Shown here: positions 9,660 to 22,711 of the stretch, in pieces
Numbering within the stretch: position 1 is the stretch's first letter
How the letters are laid out: each line of letters begins with the position of its first letter
Source: Selaginella moellendorffii
Taxonomy: Eukaryota; Plantae; Lycopodiophyta
Assembly: GCF_000143415.4 (NCBI RefSeq)
Contig: NW_003314264.1
Coordinates: 3,895,229 to 3,959,228 of the forward strand
Length of the DNA: 64,000 nucleotides
Direction of reading: 5' to 3'
Position numbers and translations under genes: made by a program
Notes under the pieces: model-generated
Seen by the model: only the letters and a program-made list of their open reading frames with translations
The model's database searches: none
Told to the model about the DNA's origin: nothing

Positions 9660-12600
9660 TACCAACCGTAAAGGATCATCAAGAATTGTCCCCACAAAAT
9701 AAAGAAGGTTGTCTTTAAGGCAATATTGAAAATATAAATGCCGGAATAGCAAGTCATTAGGAAGTGATATAGAATTCTCAAACCCATCTCAGAGCCTTCG
9801 AATCCACGGCTCAATCTTTTGAGCTTTGTGAACCTCATCAAGAGAAGATAAATTTTGCTTTGCATCTTGTGGACACTGAACGTCAAGTACAACAACTACC
9901 GACAAAATAAAATCTTTGTCGAGAAAATCCACAAATGCTAGAACAACAGGCCCATTAAAAACATGATAAAAAAGTGAAAAAGAAAAAGGAGTTCGAAAAA
10001 GGGTATTAGCATCAACCATATAACTCCCCGGGCAATGAACAATATCAAAATCATATATCTAAAGCTTCAAAGGCTACTGAGCAATACAACCAACGAAGTT
10101 CTTCCACTTCAATAATGAAATAATGGCAACATGATCACTTTCTAGTAATGTCCGTGAACTATGTAGATATGCATAAAGTTTCTTAAAACCCCAAATTGCT
10201 GTTAAACATTGTTTCTCTATTGTGGAGTAGTTTACCTCCATTGGTTGTAATGTACGGCTTTGATATGTAATGGAATGACACTGACTAGGCACATTCAGAT
10301 CAGCATACCTCCAAGACCAATATTAGAAACATCCACGCACAAAATGAAAGGTCGAGTGTAGTTATGATATGCCAAAATCAGAGGAGTCATCAATAACTCT
10401 TTGAGATTCATGAATGCCCATTCACAATCCGGAAACTAGATGAAAGATGATGTTAATGACTTTAGCAATGCAGTCTGATCAGAAAGATAATCCACAAAAC
10501 GACTGAGATACTACACCTTGCCCAGTAAGTGCTATACATCATTTACACACTTCGGAGTAGAGAACTTGAGAACAACCACAAGTTACTTGCAAACCCTCAC
10601 AAAAAATACGGTACTTAAGATAAGTTGTGTCTTTGGACCTAAACATACACTTCGACCACTTCAACTTTAAATCAACTTCTCGTAGCCGATCTAACACTTT
10701 ATGAACATCATGAACGTGTTCCTCCCATGTCTCTTCCAAGTGGATTAAGACATCATCAATGAAGTCAATAGTTACCTCTAGCATATTGCAAATAACCTTA
10801 TTCATCATCCGCTGGAAAGTTGCTAAAGCATTGTTCAAACCAAATGGCATTACCAAGAACTCATACAAACTAAATGGTATACATAAAGCAATTTTAGGAA
10901 TATTTTCTTTGGCTATCGATACTTGCCAATACCCAAAAGTAAGATCTAGTTTGGTGAACCAATGACTTCTCCTTAGATGATCCAAAAGATCAACAATATG
11001 AGGAAAAGGGTATACATCCAAAATTGTCACTTCGTTTAATGAACGATAGTCAATGCAAAAACAAATACTCCCATCAGGCTTTGTCACAAGATGAGGTTCA
11101 CATGCCCAAGGACTCTACAACTTTCGAATAACACCTTTTTCCAACATCTTCTTGACGTTTCCACATAAAATCTTGATCACTTTGGATGACCAATAACGAA
11201 CAGGAACCTTGATTAGACGAACATCCTCAGTTGGAATCGGATGACGTGTGGCAATTTTTACCTCAGACAAGAGGTCAAATTCAAAGAGATTGACATACTC
11301 CTTCATGAGCCAATGAATCGCTAGAATATAAAGATTGTTAAAGGGATTGGAAAAAGGAACAACGGAACAAAATAGAAATATAGGAGGAAATAGTGGGGAG
11401 ACAAAAGTAATTGAAGTAGAGGTAGAAGCGAAGGGATGAAAAAGTACAAAAGTGAGAGGAATGGATAAAATATAAGGAAGTATGAGACAAGGGGGAGAAG
11501 CCTCAAAGTCATACTTGGCATGATTGCACTGCAACCAATCTATACCAAAGATGAGGTCAAAAACTTGACTCAATACTACCCACAATAACTGCAACCCAAA
11601 CTCGAAATTGCCCATACGCACAATTAAGTCTGCCTCATCCCGTGCACATGCATGTGTACGGCAGTTGCCATAAATAATGACAACTAGCTTTGTTGCACGA
11701 CGTAAATTTAGACGGTAATGTATGACAACAAATCGAGCAATACAAGATAAACTCAAACCTGTATCAACCAACACAGAGAGAATAATAGGAAATTGTTTAT
11801 TATAAAAACGAGTTTAGAAAATAAACACTTGATGAACCGATACCGAATGAACCCCTTGATGATACTCAAGCAGCAGCAGCATCAACCTCCATTAGAACAA
11901 GACCATCGCCCACAGAAAGTGGAGCAAAAGGATGTGCAGTGAGAAGTGGAAGAGGCAATATCTCATAACGTTGTGCCAAACAAAGAACATCATTATGGGT
12001 GGTTGAAGCAAATGTATGCACAAGTCTAATAAGATGTTGACAAAATGCTAGCCACAACATTCCTAACTTGATCCGCTCTAACATATTTGGCTCCACATGA
12101 AGCAAGAGGCTTCGAAAACGAACGCCAAATTGCATCACCAACTCAAATAGCCTTTAACAAAAACAATGCAATTATTAGAAGGCATCATCATAATTGTCAG
12201 CATGTCCGAATATGCATTTGAAAATGTCTAGGGAAACACTCTAATCCCCACAAGTGGCTGCACTCAAACCATTAGACCACTGTAATGCCATCTTTTGAAG
12301 ACATATGGGAAATTCATGCAAACGTCAAGCATCATCCCAAGAATGACATGTGATAATCATCGTGAAGTGATCGAACAAATGATACACATCATCCCCAGAA
12401 TTCCCACGAAAGAACTTCGGCCGAACACAAGAATTAGCACAAAGTGCAAAAAAAGCTATACCATGTGCCGTGAGTGCCACCATCAACTAAGTTTGGTTGT
12501 TCAATTGCAATCATATAGCATCAAGCAATTGCACCAATTGTTGCTCTAGAGTTAGAGGAGGAAATTGCTACTTTGCCATGAAAATGAAAGAAAAGGAAAG

Positions 12601-12985
12601 AGTAAAAGAACATAAATGAGAAAAAATTAGAAGGAAAGGGAGATCTAGACAATAGAAAGCTAAATATAAACCAAAATCCTAAAAGGAAAAAACAAAAGAA
12701 AAGAAATGGAAAATGTTAAATCTAGAAAATGCAAAAGCTAAATTTAAACCAAAATCCCAAATCCAAGCACTCCTTAGGAACAATGAAAAATGCCCCTCTC
12801 CTCCACCAATGTGAGTGCATAGAATATAGAAAGAGAATACAAAAAACATGTATATCAATTAGCCCAAAAACCCTAATTTATATATAAAAGCAAGTGGTTC
12901 GGGTTGAAACCAATCTGACAACTACTAAAACCCCACTATGTTAATATTAGTATACGACATTATAGATATACATTTGGACCTCACA
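9660..12985 (-). mobile_element. Degenerate, 3'-truncated Ty3/gypsy element (gag-protease-RT-RNaseH relic) with a possible short 5' LTR at 12810-12985
   Basis: Protease LVDTG (ORF 11115-11774); RT with FCIDYRSLN, VMPFGL and FIDD (10539-11087); RNaseH YSTIEKQCL (10074-10292). PBS-like tggtggag at 12801-12808 lies next to a tgtgag...ctcaca-bounded 176-bp segment. Confidence 0.85.
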
Positions 12986-13606
12986 CCTTTATAAACATAT
13001 TAGTATTTTATTATATTTAAGTCTTTAATTTTTTATTTAATGTTATCTTAAATTTAAAATGGATTTAATTTCCTTAAACTTCAAATATTTAGAATTTTTT
13101 GTTTTAGGAATTGATATTTTTTAGTTTCTCAATTAATCAAAGTTTTTAAAGTTTAAGAATATTTCTAGTAAGATAGAATTTTTCAGTAGATAAGATTTTA
13201 TTTTAATATGATCAATTTCTAAATAAATTTGATTCAAATTTTTATATATTTATATCATTTTACTTGTTAACTATCAACTATGAACTTAAATGAATTTAGA
13301 TACTTTTTTAGTTCTTCCAAGTAAAATAGTGATACTTACTTTAGCAACAACAAAATGTATGTCTATGCACATTTAAAACTCACACTTGAATGAAGATGTA
13401 ATTACTTTTTAACTAAGCAGTATCAATCCCCAACAAATTTAACTGGCAAGATAGCTAAACTAAATTTTATTAAATTTTCTAGTGCATTGGTTCGAAATAC
13501 GGTTTCAAACGCTGCGTGAATGAAGCAGCCTGGGGAGAAAGAAAAGGAAGCCTATCACCCTACCTAAAACCTTGATAGATCCAGGGAGGGGAATATTCTA
13601 CTGCCA

Positions 13607-13624
13607 GGTTTTAGGGTTTTAGGG
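13607..13624 (+). promoter_or_regulatory. Telo-box repeats (TTTAGGG x2) immediately upstream of the metaxin ATG
   Basis: ggttttagggttttaggg; a similar motif lies at 15632-15648. Confidence 0.55.
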
Positions 13625-13625
13625 A

Positions 13626-14939
13626 ATGGCGGAGAAGAAGAACAATGGGGGCATGGCGCTGCGCGTCCGGCCTCCGGCATTTGGACTTCCCACGGCATGC
13701 CCGAAATGTTTGGCATCTCTTCTCTACTTGCGCCTTGCCAACATCACATTCTGGCCCGAGTATAGCGCCGCCATGCCTGATTCCGGTAAGGCGAGAATCC
13801 ATCACGTTATATCTTGGTGTTTTTCTCTTTTATTTTGCGTGGCAGACGATCTTCCCATGGTGGAGCTGGGACTGCTGGTTGGATTCGCGAGCGAGCCGGG
13901 AGGAGTGGAGGAGTTCTTGCGGACGGAGAAGCTGGGCGATCTAGACGCGGATCTGGCGGAGGTGGACAGGTCGGAGCTCAAAGCATTCAAGTCTTTGCTG
14001 GTGCCGCTCAGTGACGCGCTGCAGCTGGAGCTCTGGTCCAGGGAGAATGAGAGCATCGCGCACAAGATTTACGTCTCGCATCTTCCATGGCCGATCAACA
14101 GGGCGATCGAGTGGAACATGAGGCGAAAGTTGATGAACAGGCTCGGAGTGAACAAAGAGAATGCCAAGGACAGAGAAGCCGAGGTGAGCTTTTATCCCAT
14201 GGGGGAGAGAGATTGGAACAAAAAGTGGTTTGACGTCTCCTTGGTTGTGGTTTTAGATCTACAAGTGTGCCTTCGATGCGTACGAGGCCTTCTCGGCCAA
14301 AAAGCAAATGGACTCGCTCTATCTTGTGAGCGACAAGTAAGTACCGTATTCACTGCTGAGATTGACTCCTTTCTTTTTTTTCATTTTTGTGCTTTTAAGG
14401 CCAACGAGTCTCGATGCGATGCTACTCGCACACATCTTATTCGTTCTATCTGTGCCTCTGGTATGCTGGCCACTTTCAATTTTCTCGTTATTCTTATGAT
14501 GTTGTGTTGATCCTGCCATGACAGGTAGGATCTATTCTCAAGGATGAGCTGGTCTCGAAGCATCCATTGCTGGTCCAGTATGCCGAGTCCATGAAGGATA
14601 CTCTCCTCAAGAGCAACGAACCATCGCCATCGGACAGTGTAAAGTCGCCACCGACATCACCCCGAGCATCAAGTCACGCTAGTTCATCGTCCAGAGACAA
14701 AGATAAAGGTTTGTTTTTTCAAGGCGATTTGATTCGATTGATTTGCTGGTTTGTTTTCTATTTTTCCAGGAACAAACCCTGAACCCAAGCGCAAGCAAAC
14801 TCCCAAAGAGAAAGAGTTCCGGAAAAGGGGAAAGATGTTTGTTATGGCTCAGTTAGCAGCTCTCATGGCCTACATCGTATACTCGGGCCTTCCATTCGAA
14901 GAAGACGATGGTGACGACAATGGGCATGACGACGATTGA
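13626..14939 (+). CDS. MTX1: Metaxin-like mitochondrial outer-membrane import protein (multi-exon)
   Basis: N-terminus RPPAFGLPTACPKCLASLLYLRLA, YVSHLPWPINRAI, C-terminal TM and acidic tail resemble plant metaxin. GT-AG introns 13786-13845, 14184-14256, 14337-14399 and further ones downstream. Confidence 0.85.
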
Positions 14940-16986
14940 TGCCAGCCCTCTGGAAAAGCACTAACAAACAAACATCGAAAGGTTTTTTGAGAAGAAAATG
15001 CATTGACAATTCAAGGAATAATCACTTTGGTGCGAGCAGGGAAAGCTAAAGACTGATCCGTTTGTGCTTCCATTGGTGGCTGGAGATAAACAAAGAATGG
15101 ATGCGAGAAAATAAAAACTCTATGGTTTTGCGGCTGGTCTCACAGATATCAGCCAAAAAGCAACAATCCGAGTCGCCACGGAATTGAACAGGTAAAGCAA
15201 AAGCTCTCAAATCTGCCAAGAATCACACAAAGCTTAGTGCTGAATCAACACTATTTACGCAATGGTCTTAAATCACGACCAAAGCTTGAAAGGATGATAG
15301 AGTTTGCCTGGCTTACGACAGCGATTTGTGATTGCTGTCGTCGTCTAACTTGTGTGTGTTGTCTCCACTAAAATCATGGCGTCAAACTACAGCAAAACAT
15401 TTCCAGTCGCCACGAAAGCCACTTCAAAAGCGAATTTTTTTTTTGGGAGCCATCCAAGTCAATCATTCCATTTCTTTCTCGCTGGGCTCCCAGAGGATCA
15501 ACCCACACCAATTGAATAGATTAGATGAAATTCCTCTCTTGTCAGTGCTGAATCTCCGCGATTACAACAGCCCACCCAGCAGACAAGGGGAGGGGTTGGG
15601 CGGGAACGCTTTTCAAAATCTCCCGCCAAAACTTAGGGTTTTAGGGTTCCTGCGGGCAGTGTACGTTTGCGACGCAATGTCTTGTTTGCGCGCTTTGTGT
15701 TTGCTTGTGCCCTGTTGGAATGTAATGCTTTCTGGTGGGCCTGAAGGGATCGTCTCGACGTTGAAGGGCAGGGATAAAGGTGTAAACCGCGTATCACATT
15801 GCGGGGCTTACGTTACTGCCGTGGAGATACTGACTTTGGATTAAGTTATTGTCCAGGCTCGCGAAGGCTGTCTCGGTATATGATATTTTTTTCCGCTCTT
15901 GTGGCTAGCATGTCTGTAGTACTTTGGACTAAATGCCTACTTCTTTTTTCTGCGTATAATCAGGGACAGGAATTGCTTGCTGGCCTATCATTGGCGCGCG
16001 TTTTCAATCAATCAGTGTCCTTTAGTACCCGCTACTATTACGATTGGTGCCGTCAACTTCATCCGGTAAGTGGATTCGGTAAAAGCATTCTCCCTCTCCT
16101 TGTTGTTGCTTAGCCCTCCCCCTTTTTGCTGGATGTCACTCAAACTTTTGCTTGCGAGACCTTCCTGCTTTCGTGGTTGTGTTACTTACTTGCATAAAAC
16201 TTCCGAGCATTCAATGGATGTCTTGTTTGTTTGGATAGGTTCCGCGTCGAAGAACAATATTTTCGAACACTCAAGTTGCAAAATCCATGCCACTGGAGTC
16301 TGGAGGGTCAATAATCCAAGGCCCCTATGGTGCTGGAAGGGAATTTGCTGCCACGAGGGGAACACCCCACAGTTGGTGGATAAAGCAGGATCCGTCCTTC
16401 ACCTCCTTGGGTACGTAAATTCTTTCCAGCCACGCCATTATGGACGGTGGCGATGCCATGGAATTCGGCGTTACGGCTGGGCCCGAGAGGCACTGGTTCT
16501 ACAAACGGTTTTGTGGAGCTGGAATATGCCCGGGACTCTCGCCTTTGTGCCTGTTAAACGCACCAAAGGGCGCACAACAGCAACAGCAACAACGGGGACA
16601 AAAATGACACAGCAAACCAGAGCATAACTATCAAGAGGGATGGGGAATGTGGTTATGGGAGAATCACAGGGACAAAAAGCTACAGGGAGCGTGAAAGGCA
16701 ACGGAGAAAAAAACTTTCAGCCACAGGGAACCACACAACAGGGGGACTGCCACTTAAGTACATTTCTTAGAGGCTCCTGCATTGAAGAAAACAGCGTAGC
16801 AACAAGAGGAGTATATCTTGGCCCACTCACGCGTGCACTAGAATCTTGCGGGGCCGGGGGGAGTGACCCAATGGCCTCAGTCGTTGTGTGGTATAAGAAG
16901 GAACGAGGCCGAGACGGGCATCAGTGGCGGTAAGGTGGTGGAGGAGTTTTCACAAAAAACTTCCTCTCCATTTAGTTCCTGCGAAA

Positions 16987-18715
16987 ATGGGAAGCCTCCC
17001 TCCCCTGGAGCAAGAGAAGCAAGCCGGCTTGAAGAGCTTGGAGTTTCTCAGCAGCAACGACAAGCAGAGTGCTTACTCCGCAGCAGAGTTGGAGGCCGGG
17101 CACTGCGCGGAGGGAGGCTGTCCATGCGACACCAAAGCTGCTGCTCACTCGGCTGGCCAGTCAAGTTTCTTCCAGGCCGTTGTCAATTCTTTCGTGCTGC
17201 TGATCGGTAAGAAGCTCTCGTTTCTCCATTCTCGTTTCTCCATTCTTCCTGCTGATTCCCTGTCATGTTTCAGTCACTTGATATGCATGCAGGGATTCTC
17301 TTCGGGTGTTTTTGATCTGTATGGAAGAGTTTGTCAGTGTTGAATTATGGAATGATTGCCTGCATGTCCGGTGTACATTTTCGAACCCGCATCTTTTCGT
17401 GATTTCTTTTTCTTTGTTCCTTTCATTAGTGCCGCACCAGGTGAGTCGGCAGATACTTCTAGAACTGTTCCCTGTTTCTGTTTTCTCAACTGATCTACTT
17501 TTACTAATCATTTGCGCTAACAGGCCTGGGAACTCTCTCCTCTGCCTATGCGATCGAGAAGGCCGGATTCTTTGGTTTGCTGGTGCTATGCATCACTGCA
17601 GCGTTCTACTGGATCGGCTCCAAGCTGATAGTCATTTGCATGGAAGCGGACAAGAGCCTCATGAACTACCAAGATGTCGGGAACAAAGCCTTTCCTCGCT
17701 GGGGTCGGCTGCTCATAACAACGTGCTTCTACATCGACATCCTGGGATGCCTGGTCGGGTACCTCGTGTCCATGGGTGACACCATGATGCACATCTTTCC
17801 TCACCCTCAGCTCGACATTCTGGGATTCAAGGGGAAGACGCTCTTCACTCTCCTCGCCTTCTTGGTCATCCTGCCGTCGGTGTGGTTCCGGAAGCTGAGC
17901 ACCATCTCCTACCTCTCCTTCTGGTGCGGGATGAGCATCATCACGACAATCATCTGCCTGCTCGTCGCGGGGGTCAAGGATCACATTGGTTTCAGCCAGG
18001 ACGTTGCCATCTTCCGCCCGGCCAACGTTCCAATCGCTACAGGGGTCTACACCTTCACTTTCGGAGCAACCGCCGTGTTTCCGAGCGTTTACAAATCCAT
18101 GAAGAACCCCAGCAGATTCACCGAGGTAACTTCAAGTTCGAAGCCTGCCTTATTCTTTGTTCTAACGCTGCTCTGTTCGTCCAGGTGATGACACTGAGCT
18201 TCTCCATGGCAGCACTGCTCAACGTCATTGTTGGCATCATCGGCTCGGTCATGTTTGGAGCAATGACTAAAGCCCAAGTCCATCTCAACATGCCACCGGC
18301 GCTCATCGCCTCCAAGGTAGCAATCTGGGCCACTCTCCTCACTCCGGTCACTCAGTTCGCGCTCTTCCTCTCGCCAATCTCTTGTGAGCTGGAGCAGGTC
18401 ATGATCAAGTATCTGCCGTGGAAGGCCGAGTCGCGGATGACCTCTGGAGCCTGCATCATGCTCCGGACAACGCTGCTCATCGCCATCGCCATGGGAGCTC
18501 TGCTCTTTCCGTACTTCGCCAACATCATCGAGCTCATAGGATCTTCGGTGAGCGTAACGCTCTGCGTTATCTTCCCCGGCGTCTTCTACTTGAAGCTTTT
18601 CTCCCACAAGATTCCCAAGTCGCGGTTTGCCGGCATTTGCGTGGTGATTGGCGTGAGCGCCTTGGCGGGGGTCGCGGGCACCATTGTTTCCATCCAGGAC
18701 TTGATACACAAGTAA
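16987..18715 (+). CDS. Amino-acid transporter, AAAP/AVT1-like (3 exons)
   Basis: SSFFQAVVNSFVLLIG|LGTLSSAYA, YQDVGNKAF, VFPSVYKSMKNP and many TM helices. Introns 17207-17523 and 18126-18184. Confidence 0.9.
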
Positions 18716-19139
18716 GAGAACTTTCTCTTGGTTTCTTTTATATCGGCCAGGAGGAACCAAGAGGAACCAAGAGGAGAGAAAGAAGAAAAGAACTAACTGG
18801 TATTCTCGTGTTAATAGATGATAAGAGCAGATTCAATACTGGATGTTCTTTGATTTTGTTTGGTATTAAAACCATTTAAATGATTAAACCAAGAGCCTAT
18901 AGTTTAATTACACCAGCTTTCGTAGTATAGTAGAGTCCTTGTAGGCCTGAAAGGGAAGAACCGCACAAAGCGTGAGCTCGTTGATTCCTCCGCTACGAAA
19001 CAAGTTTTGGGATCCTGATCACGTAAGTTGGAAGTGACAGAAAGAAGCGCCGCTTTTCACGATTTCCTGCGCGTTGCCATCCCACGATCTTGGAAGACTT
19101 TCCCATGGAAGAGGAGAAAGAGAATCTGTGCTTCTGCTG

Positions 19140-20963
19140 TTACCAGAATCCACCACACGAGCACTTCCCGTCTCTAAAAACGTGGAACCGGGCCGTGTCC
19201 CTGCAAACTATCTCCCGTTCTTCCATCCCGGACAAAACTTCCATCACCCTGTGACAATCGTCGCAAACTCGCAAGTTCTTCGTGATCCGGATGGTCGATC
19301 CCGGAGCCGTGCTAATGAGAGCGCAGCCCATTGCCAGCCTCTCGCTGTGACCACGAAGAACTTCTTCCTTGGCATCGTCGCTAATGTTTCGTGCGACGCT
19401 GTCCAAGTCCGCGACGTAAAGTCCCTCCTGCTTCATCCTCCAAGTCACCATCTTTACCTTGGCTTCGATGGCTTCGATCAGAGCATGGGTACGATCTCCG
19501 GCGATAAACGAGTGAACTCTCGACGAGGAATCCGTCCACCAGCTTCGTCCTTCCTCGGCTTTCCTCCATGCACCGCTCTTAATCCTCAAAGCTTCGATCT
19601 TTGATTGCTCGCTCCACATCTTCAAGCTGCCGTAGAGACTTGCCATGAGCATGTATGGAGCCGAGTCTCTTGGATCGATCCGGAGCAACGCCTCGAAAGA
19701 AACCTTGGCTACTATCAAGTTCTTCCACTTGCGGCACGAACCGAGGAGCGTCATCCACGTCGACCAAGTTGCCTGGAATGGCATCGTCTCCACCACCTCC
19801 ACCGCCTCCTCAAGCCTGTTCGATCGCCCAAGCATGTCGAGCAAACAGAGGTAGTGCCCGATGACCGGAACTATCCTGTGCCTCGACTCCATAGCCCGGA
19901 AGAACTCCCGGCCTTGGTCGACAAGACCGGCGTGGCTGCAAGCGGTGATGATGCACACGAGCGTCACCTCGTCGGGTTGTAATCCCTCCTCCACCATCTT
20001 CTCGTACAGCGAGAAAACTTTGGGGGTCTCGCCTCGCCGGCTACTCCCGGCTATGAGGGCAGTCCAGGCCACCGAGTCCCTCGCGTCCAAGACGTCGTAG
20101 AACACCCTCTCGGCGCTCTCCAGGCTCCCACACCTCCCGTAGAAATCCACCAGGCAAGTCCCGAGAATTCCATCTCCATCAAAACCGAGCCGGCAAATCT
20201 GTCCGTGGAGAGCTCTCCCCGCCTCCAGCGCCACCAGAGCTCCACACGCCTTGAGCGTCGCCACAAAGGTGGCCTCGTCCGGCTCGAAGACCCCCCCAAT
20301 CTCCAGGAGCTCCAGGCAAAGATCGGCCTCTCCGAGCTCCGCCAGTCCCAGCAGCAGCGAGTTCCACACCACCACACTGTGCTCTTCGATCCGGTCGAAA
20401 GCCCGCCTCGCGTCCGCCAAGCTCCCACACTTCACGTACATATCCACAGCACACCCGGCCACAAACACGTCCCCGCCATAGCCACGCTCGCAAGCCTGCG
20501 CGTGGATCTCCATCCCTCTCTCCAGAGCCGCGGCTTTCACCACCTTTCCACTGATCTCCCGGCCCTTCTCTCGCATGCCACAGCTCGAGCAGGCCTTGAG
20601 CGCCGCTACGAAGCACCGCGAGTCGGGCTCACACCCCTGCCTCCGCTGGATTCTCGCGAAAATCTCCAGCGCGAGCTCCCCCTGCCCCTGCCGGGCATAG
20701 CCGAGCAGCAGCGACGTCCACGCCACTGCGTTGTGGCAAACCATCCGGTCGAAGACGCGGTGAGCGTCGGCCAGGCTGCCACACCGCGCGTACATGTCCA
20801 CCAGCGCGCTGGAGACGAAGAGATTCGTGCTGCTGCCGCCGTCGATCGCCTCCGCGTGGAGCCTCCTCCCGCGCTCCAGCTCCGCGGGGCTGCGACACGA
20901 TCTCAGCGCCGCTAGCAGCAGCGAAACACTCCGGGACCTCACCTTGCTGGGCCGGAGCTCCAT
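19140..20963 (-). CDS. PLS-class PPR protein with E and DYW deaminase domain (ends GFW)
   Basis: 607-aa intronless ORF with PPR motifs (LVDMYARCGSLADAHRVFD) and HSERLA...KNLRVCDDCH...GKCSCGGFW. Confidence 0.93.
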   Translation of the reverse strand: MELRPSKVRSRSVSLLLAALRSCRSPAELERGRRLHAEAIDGGSSTNLFVSSALVDMYARCGSLADAHRVFDRMVCHNAVAWTSLLLGYARQGQGELALEIFARIQRRQGCEPDSRCFVAALKACSSCGMREKGREISGKVVKAAALERGMEIHAQACERGYGGDVFVAGCAVDMYVKCGSLADARRAFDRIEEHSVVVWNSLLLGLAELGEADLCLELLEIGGVFEPDEATFVATLKACGALVALEAGRALHGQICRLGFDGDGILGTCLVDFYGRCGSLESAERVFYDVLDARDSVAWTALIAGSSRRGETPKVFSLYEKMVEEGLQPDEVTLVCIITACSHAGLVDQGREFFRAMESRHRIVPVIGHYLCLLDMLGRSNRLEEAVEVVETMPFQATWSTWMTLLGSCRKWKNLIVAKVSFEALLRIDPRDSAPYMLMASLYGSLKMWSEQSKIEALRIKSGAWRKAEEGRSWWTDSSSRVHSFIAGDRTHALIEAIEAKVKMVTWRMKQEGLYVADLDSVARNISDDAKEEVLRGHSERLAMGCALISTAPGSTIRITKNLRVCDDCHRVMEVLSGMEEREIVCRDTARFHVFRDGKCSCGGFW

Positions 20964-21095
20964 CGCAATCCCAGTCCCCGCCCGGCATTCCTTCCCTCGC
21001 GGAAGCGCCCGATCGATGGACGAAAACGCGATGAACTTGGCTGCCCTAAATTATGGACGAATATTCCAAGCTTCTAAACCTTATTCAAGCAAAAC

Positions 21096-21167
21096 GGTCC
21101 CATAGTCAAGTGGTTACGACATTGGACTTTGACTCCAAGGGCCCGAGTTCGAATCTCGGTGGGACCT
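21096..21167 (+). tRNA. trnQ-UUG: tRNA-Gln (anticodon TTG)
   Basis: 72-nt cloverleaf: acceptor ggtccca/tgggacc, anticodon arm ttgga-ctTTGac-tccaa, T-arm ccgag-ttcgaat-ctcgg. Confidence 0.93.
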
Positions 21168-21266
21168 AGTAGCTCCCCCTAGATGCTATAAGCATATTCT
21201 TTTGCTCCCTGTCTGCCCTAAACCAGCCACATTCCTGGCGAATATGCCAAGCTTTTTAGTTAGTGG

Positions 21267-21297
21267 AAGGGGCCGAGTTCGAATCTCGGTGGGACCT
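21267..21297 (+). pseudogene. Duplicated 3' half (T-arm plus acceptor strand) of the tRNA-Gln
   Basis: ccgagttcgaatctcggtgggacct is identical to 21143-21167; flanks also partly duplicated. Confidence 0.8.
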
Positions 21298-22711
21298 TAG
21301 GGCTAGCTGCCCTAGATTCTCGTCGAATATTCTATTACTGCGAATCTCTTGGCGCGGGAAAAGCCGTTTTACTATTCCCTGCTTGTGCTGGATTGCACTC
21401 CCCTCCACCAATCCGTTGTCTCATTCATTACGTCGGGCCCCCTTTTTTGTTTGCAAGCATGATATGGGCGGGCAGAAATCAGCCTGTCTCCTACTCACTG
21501 TAGCTTTTGGTTTCCTTGCCCTAAATTTTACACCGCCATGGCGCCACGGCCAGAGTACGTACGCGTACTGGGCGCCACCAGGCATGTAACAATACAAAGA
21601 ACACCCTGGACTTAGAAACGTTTCAAAGCCGGATCCTCCCCGGTACGCTGGGCGGAGTACGTACGGAACGGACCACGATTTTTCACCCCATTGTTTTTTA
21701 TTCCCTTTCCATCATCGGGGTGGCACCAAGTACACAGCCAATGCACCCTAGCAATCTAGCGAGATAGAAGAAACAAAACCAGACATAATATCTGAATTTC
21801 TATATGGTCTTGTATGGTCTTTTATAACCCTAGCTACACAACAGGCTGGCGGCTGGCAGTAACAAATGGCCGCCCATCCACGTCATAGAGCCGTATCCTG
21901 GCCACTGGCCATGGCCATGGAGCCGTATGGCCACGCCGGAGAAAAGCTGCCCCAACGGGTCGAAGCGGCGCCACCGGCGGCGCAACCAGCGGCGCCGCTT
22001 GCTCCCATTGTATAAATTTCCGGCCCTCTTCCATCCGCCATAGCTGGCGAGCTTTCTCGGGGAGGAGGCGGCGGCGTCTTCGGGGAAAAGAGAGGAGAAT
22101 AGGCCAATCCCGAATACTTTTCTCCTCGCATTGCTGCGTGATTTTAGTCTAACGCGTTGATCGAGCGATTCACAGCCAAAGTCCAGACCATTTCTCCAAA
22201 CAACGCAGCGTCCACCCAAGAGCGTAAACCACCAAGAAAGGCGAGGCAAAGAAGAGCAAAAGATTAAAAACCCTGGATTGTCACTGTTTGGTTGTTGGGG
22301 CGAGAAGTATTTAGATTGGGGGACCCTCGGCATTCCACCATCTTCTCCAATCCCTCTCCTCCTCCTCCTCTTCTCCGCCGCTCTTCCATTCTCTTCGATC
22401 ACTCTGCCTCTCTCGATCTATCGCTCTCTCCTCGCGTTCTTCCCAAGATCTTGGAATCGCGATCACAAAATCTCCTCTTCTCTCGCAAAATCTCTCTCCC
22501 CTCCGCAAAATCGTTCCTCTTTCTCCCCTCCTCTCGCGATTCCACTCCCCTTTGCTTGCATTGCAATTCAAGGATTACGAAGATCCCCCTTGCAAGCGAT
22601 CGATTATCCCGGTGTATTGGTTTTCTCTTCCGTGATTTCTCGCTCCTAGAGCTCCTTCCCCGTCAAGACTAAGAAAGGCGGCATCAAAAACAAGGGAGAG
22701 ATCGATCACGC

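Noticed and set aside
15332-16933. Several 100-185 aa ORFs between metaxin and the transporter
   Set aside because: No recognisable motif or consistent splice model; a telo-box at 15632 hints at a transcript, but it is unresolved.
19605-20915. Antisense ORFs over the PPR, transporter, DUF761-like and tubulin genes
   Set aside because: Shadow ORFs of GC-rich coding sequence.
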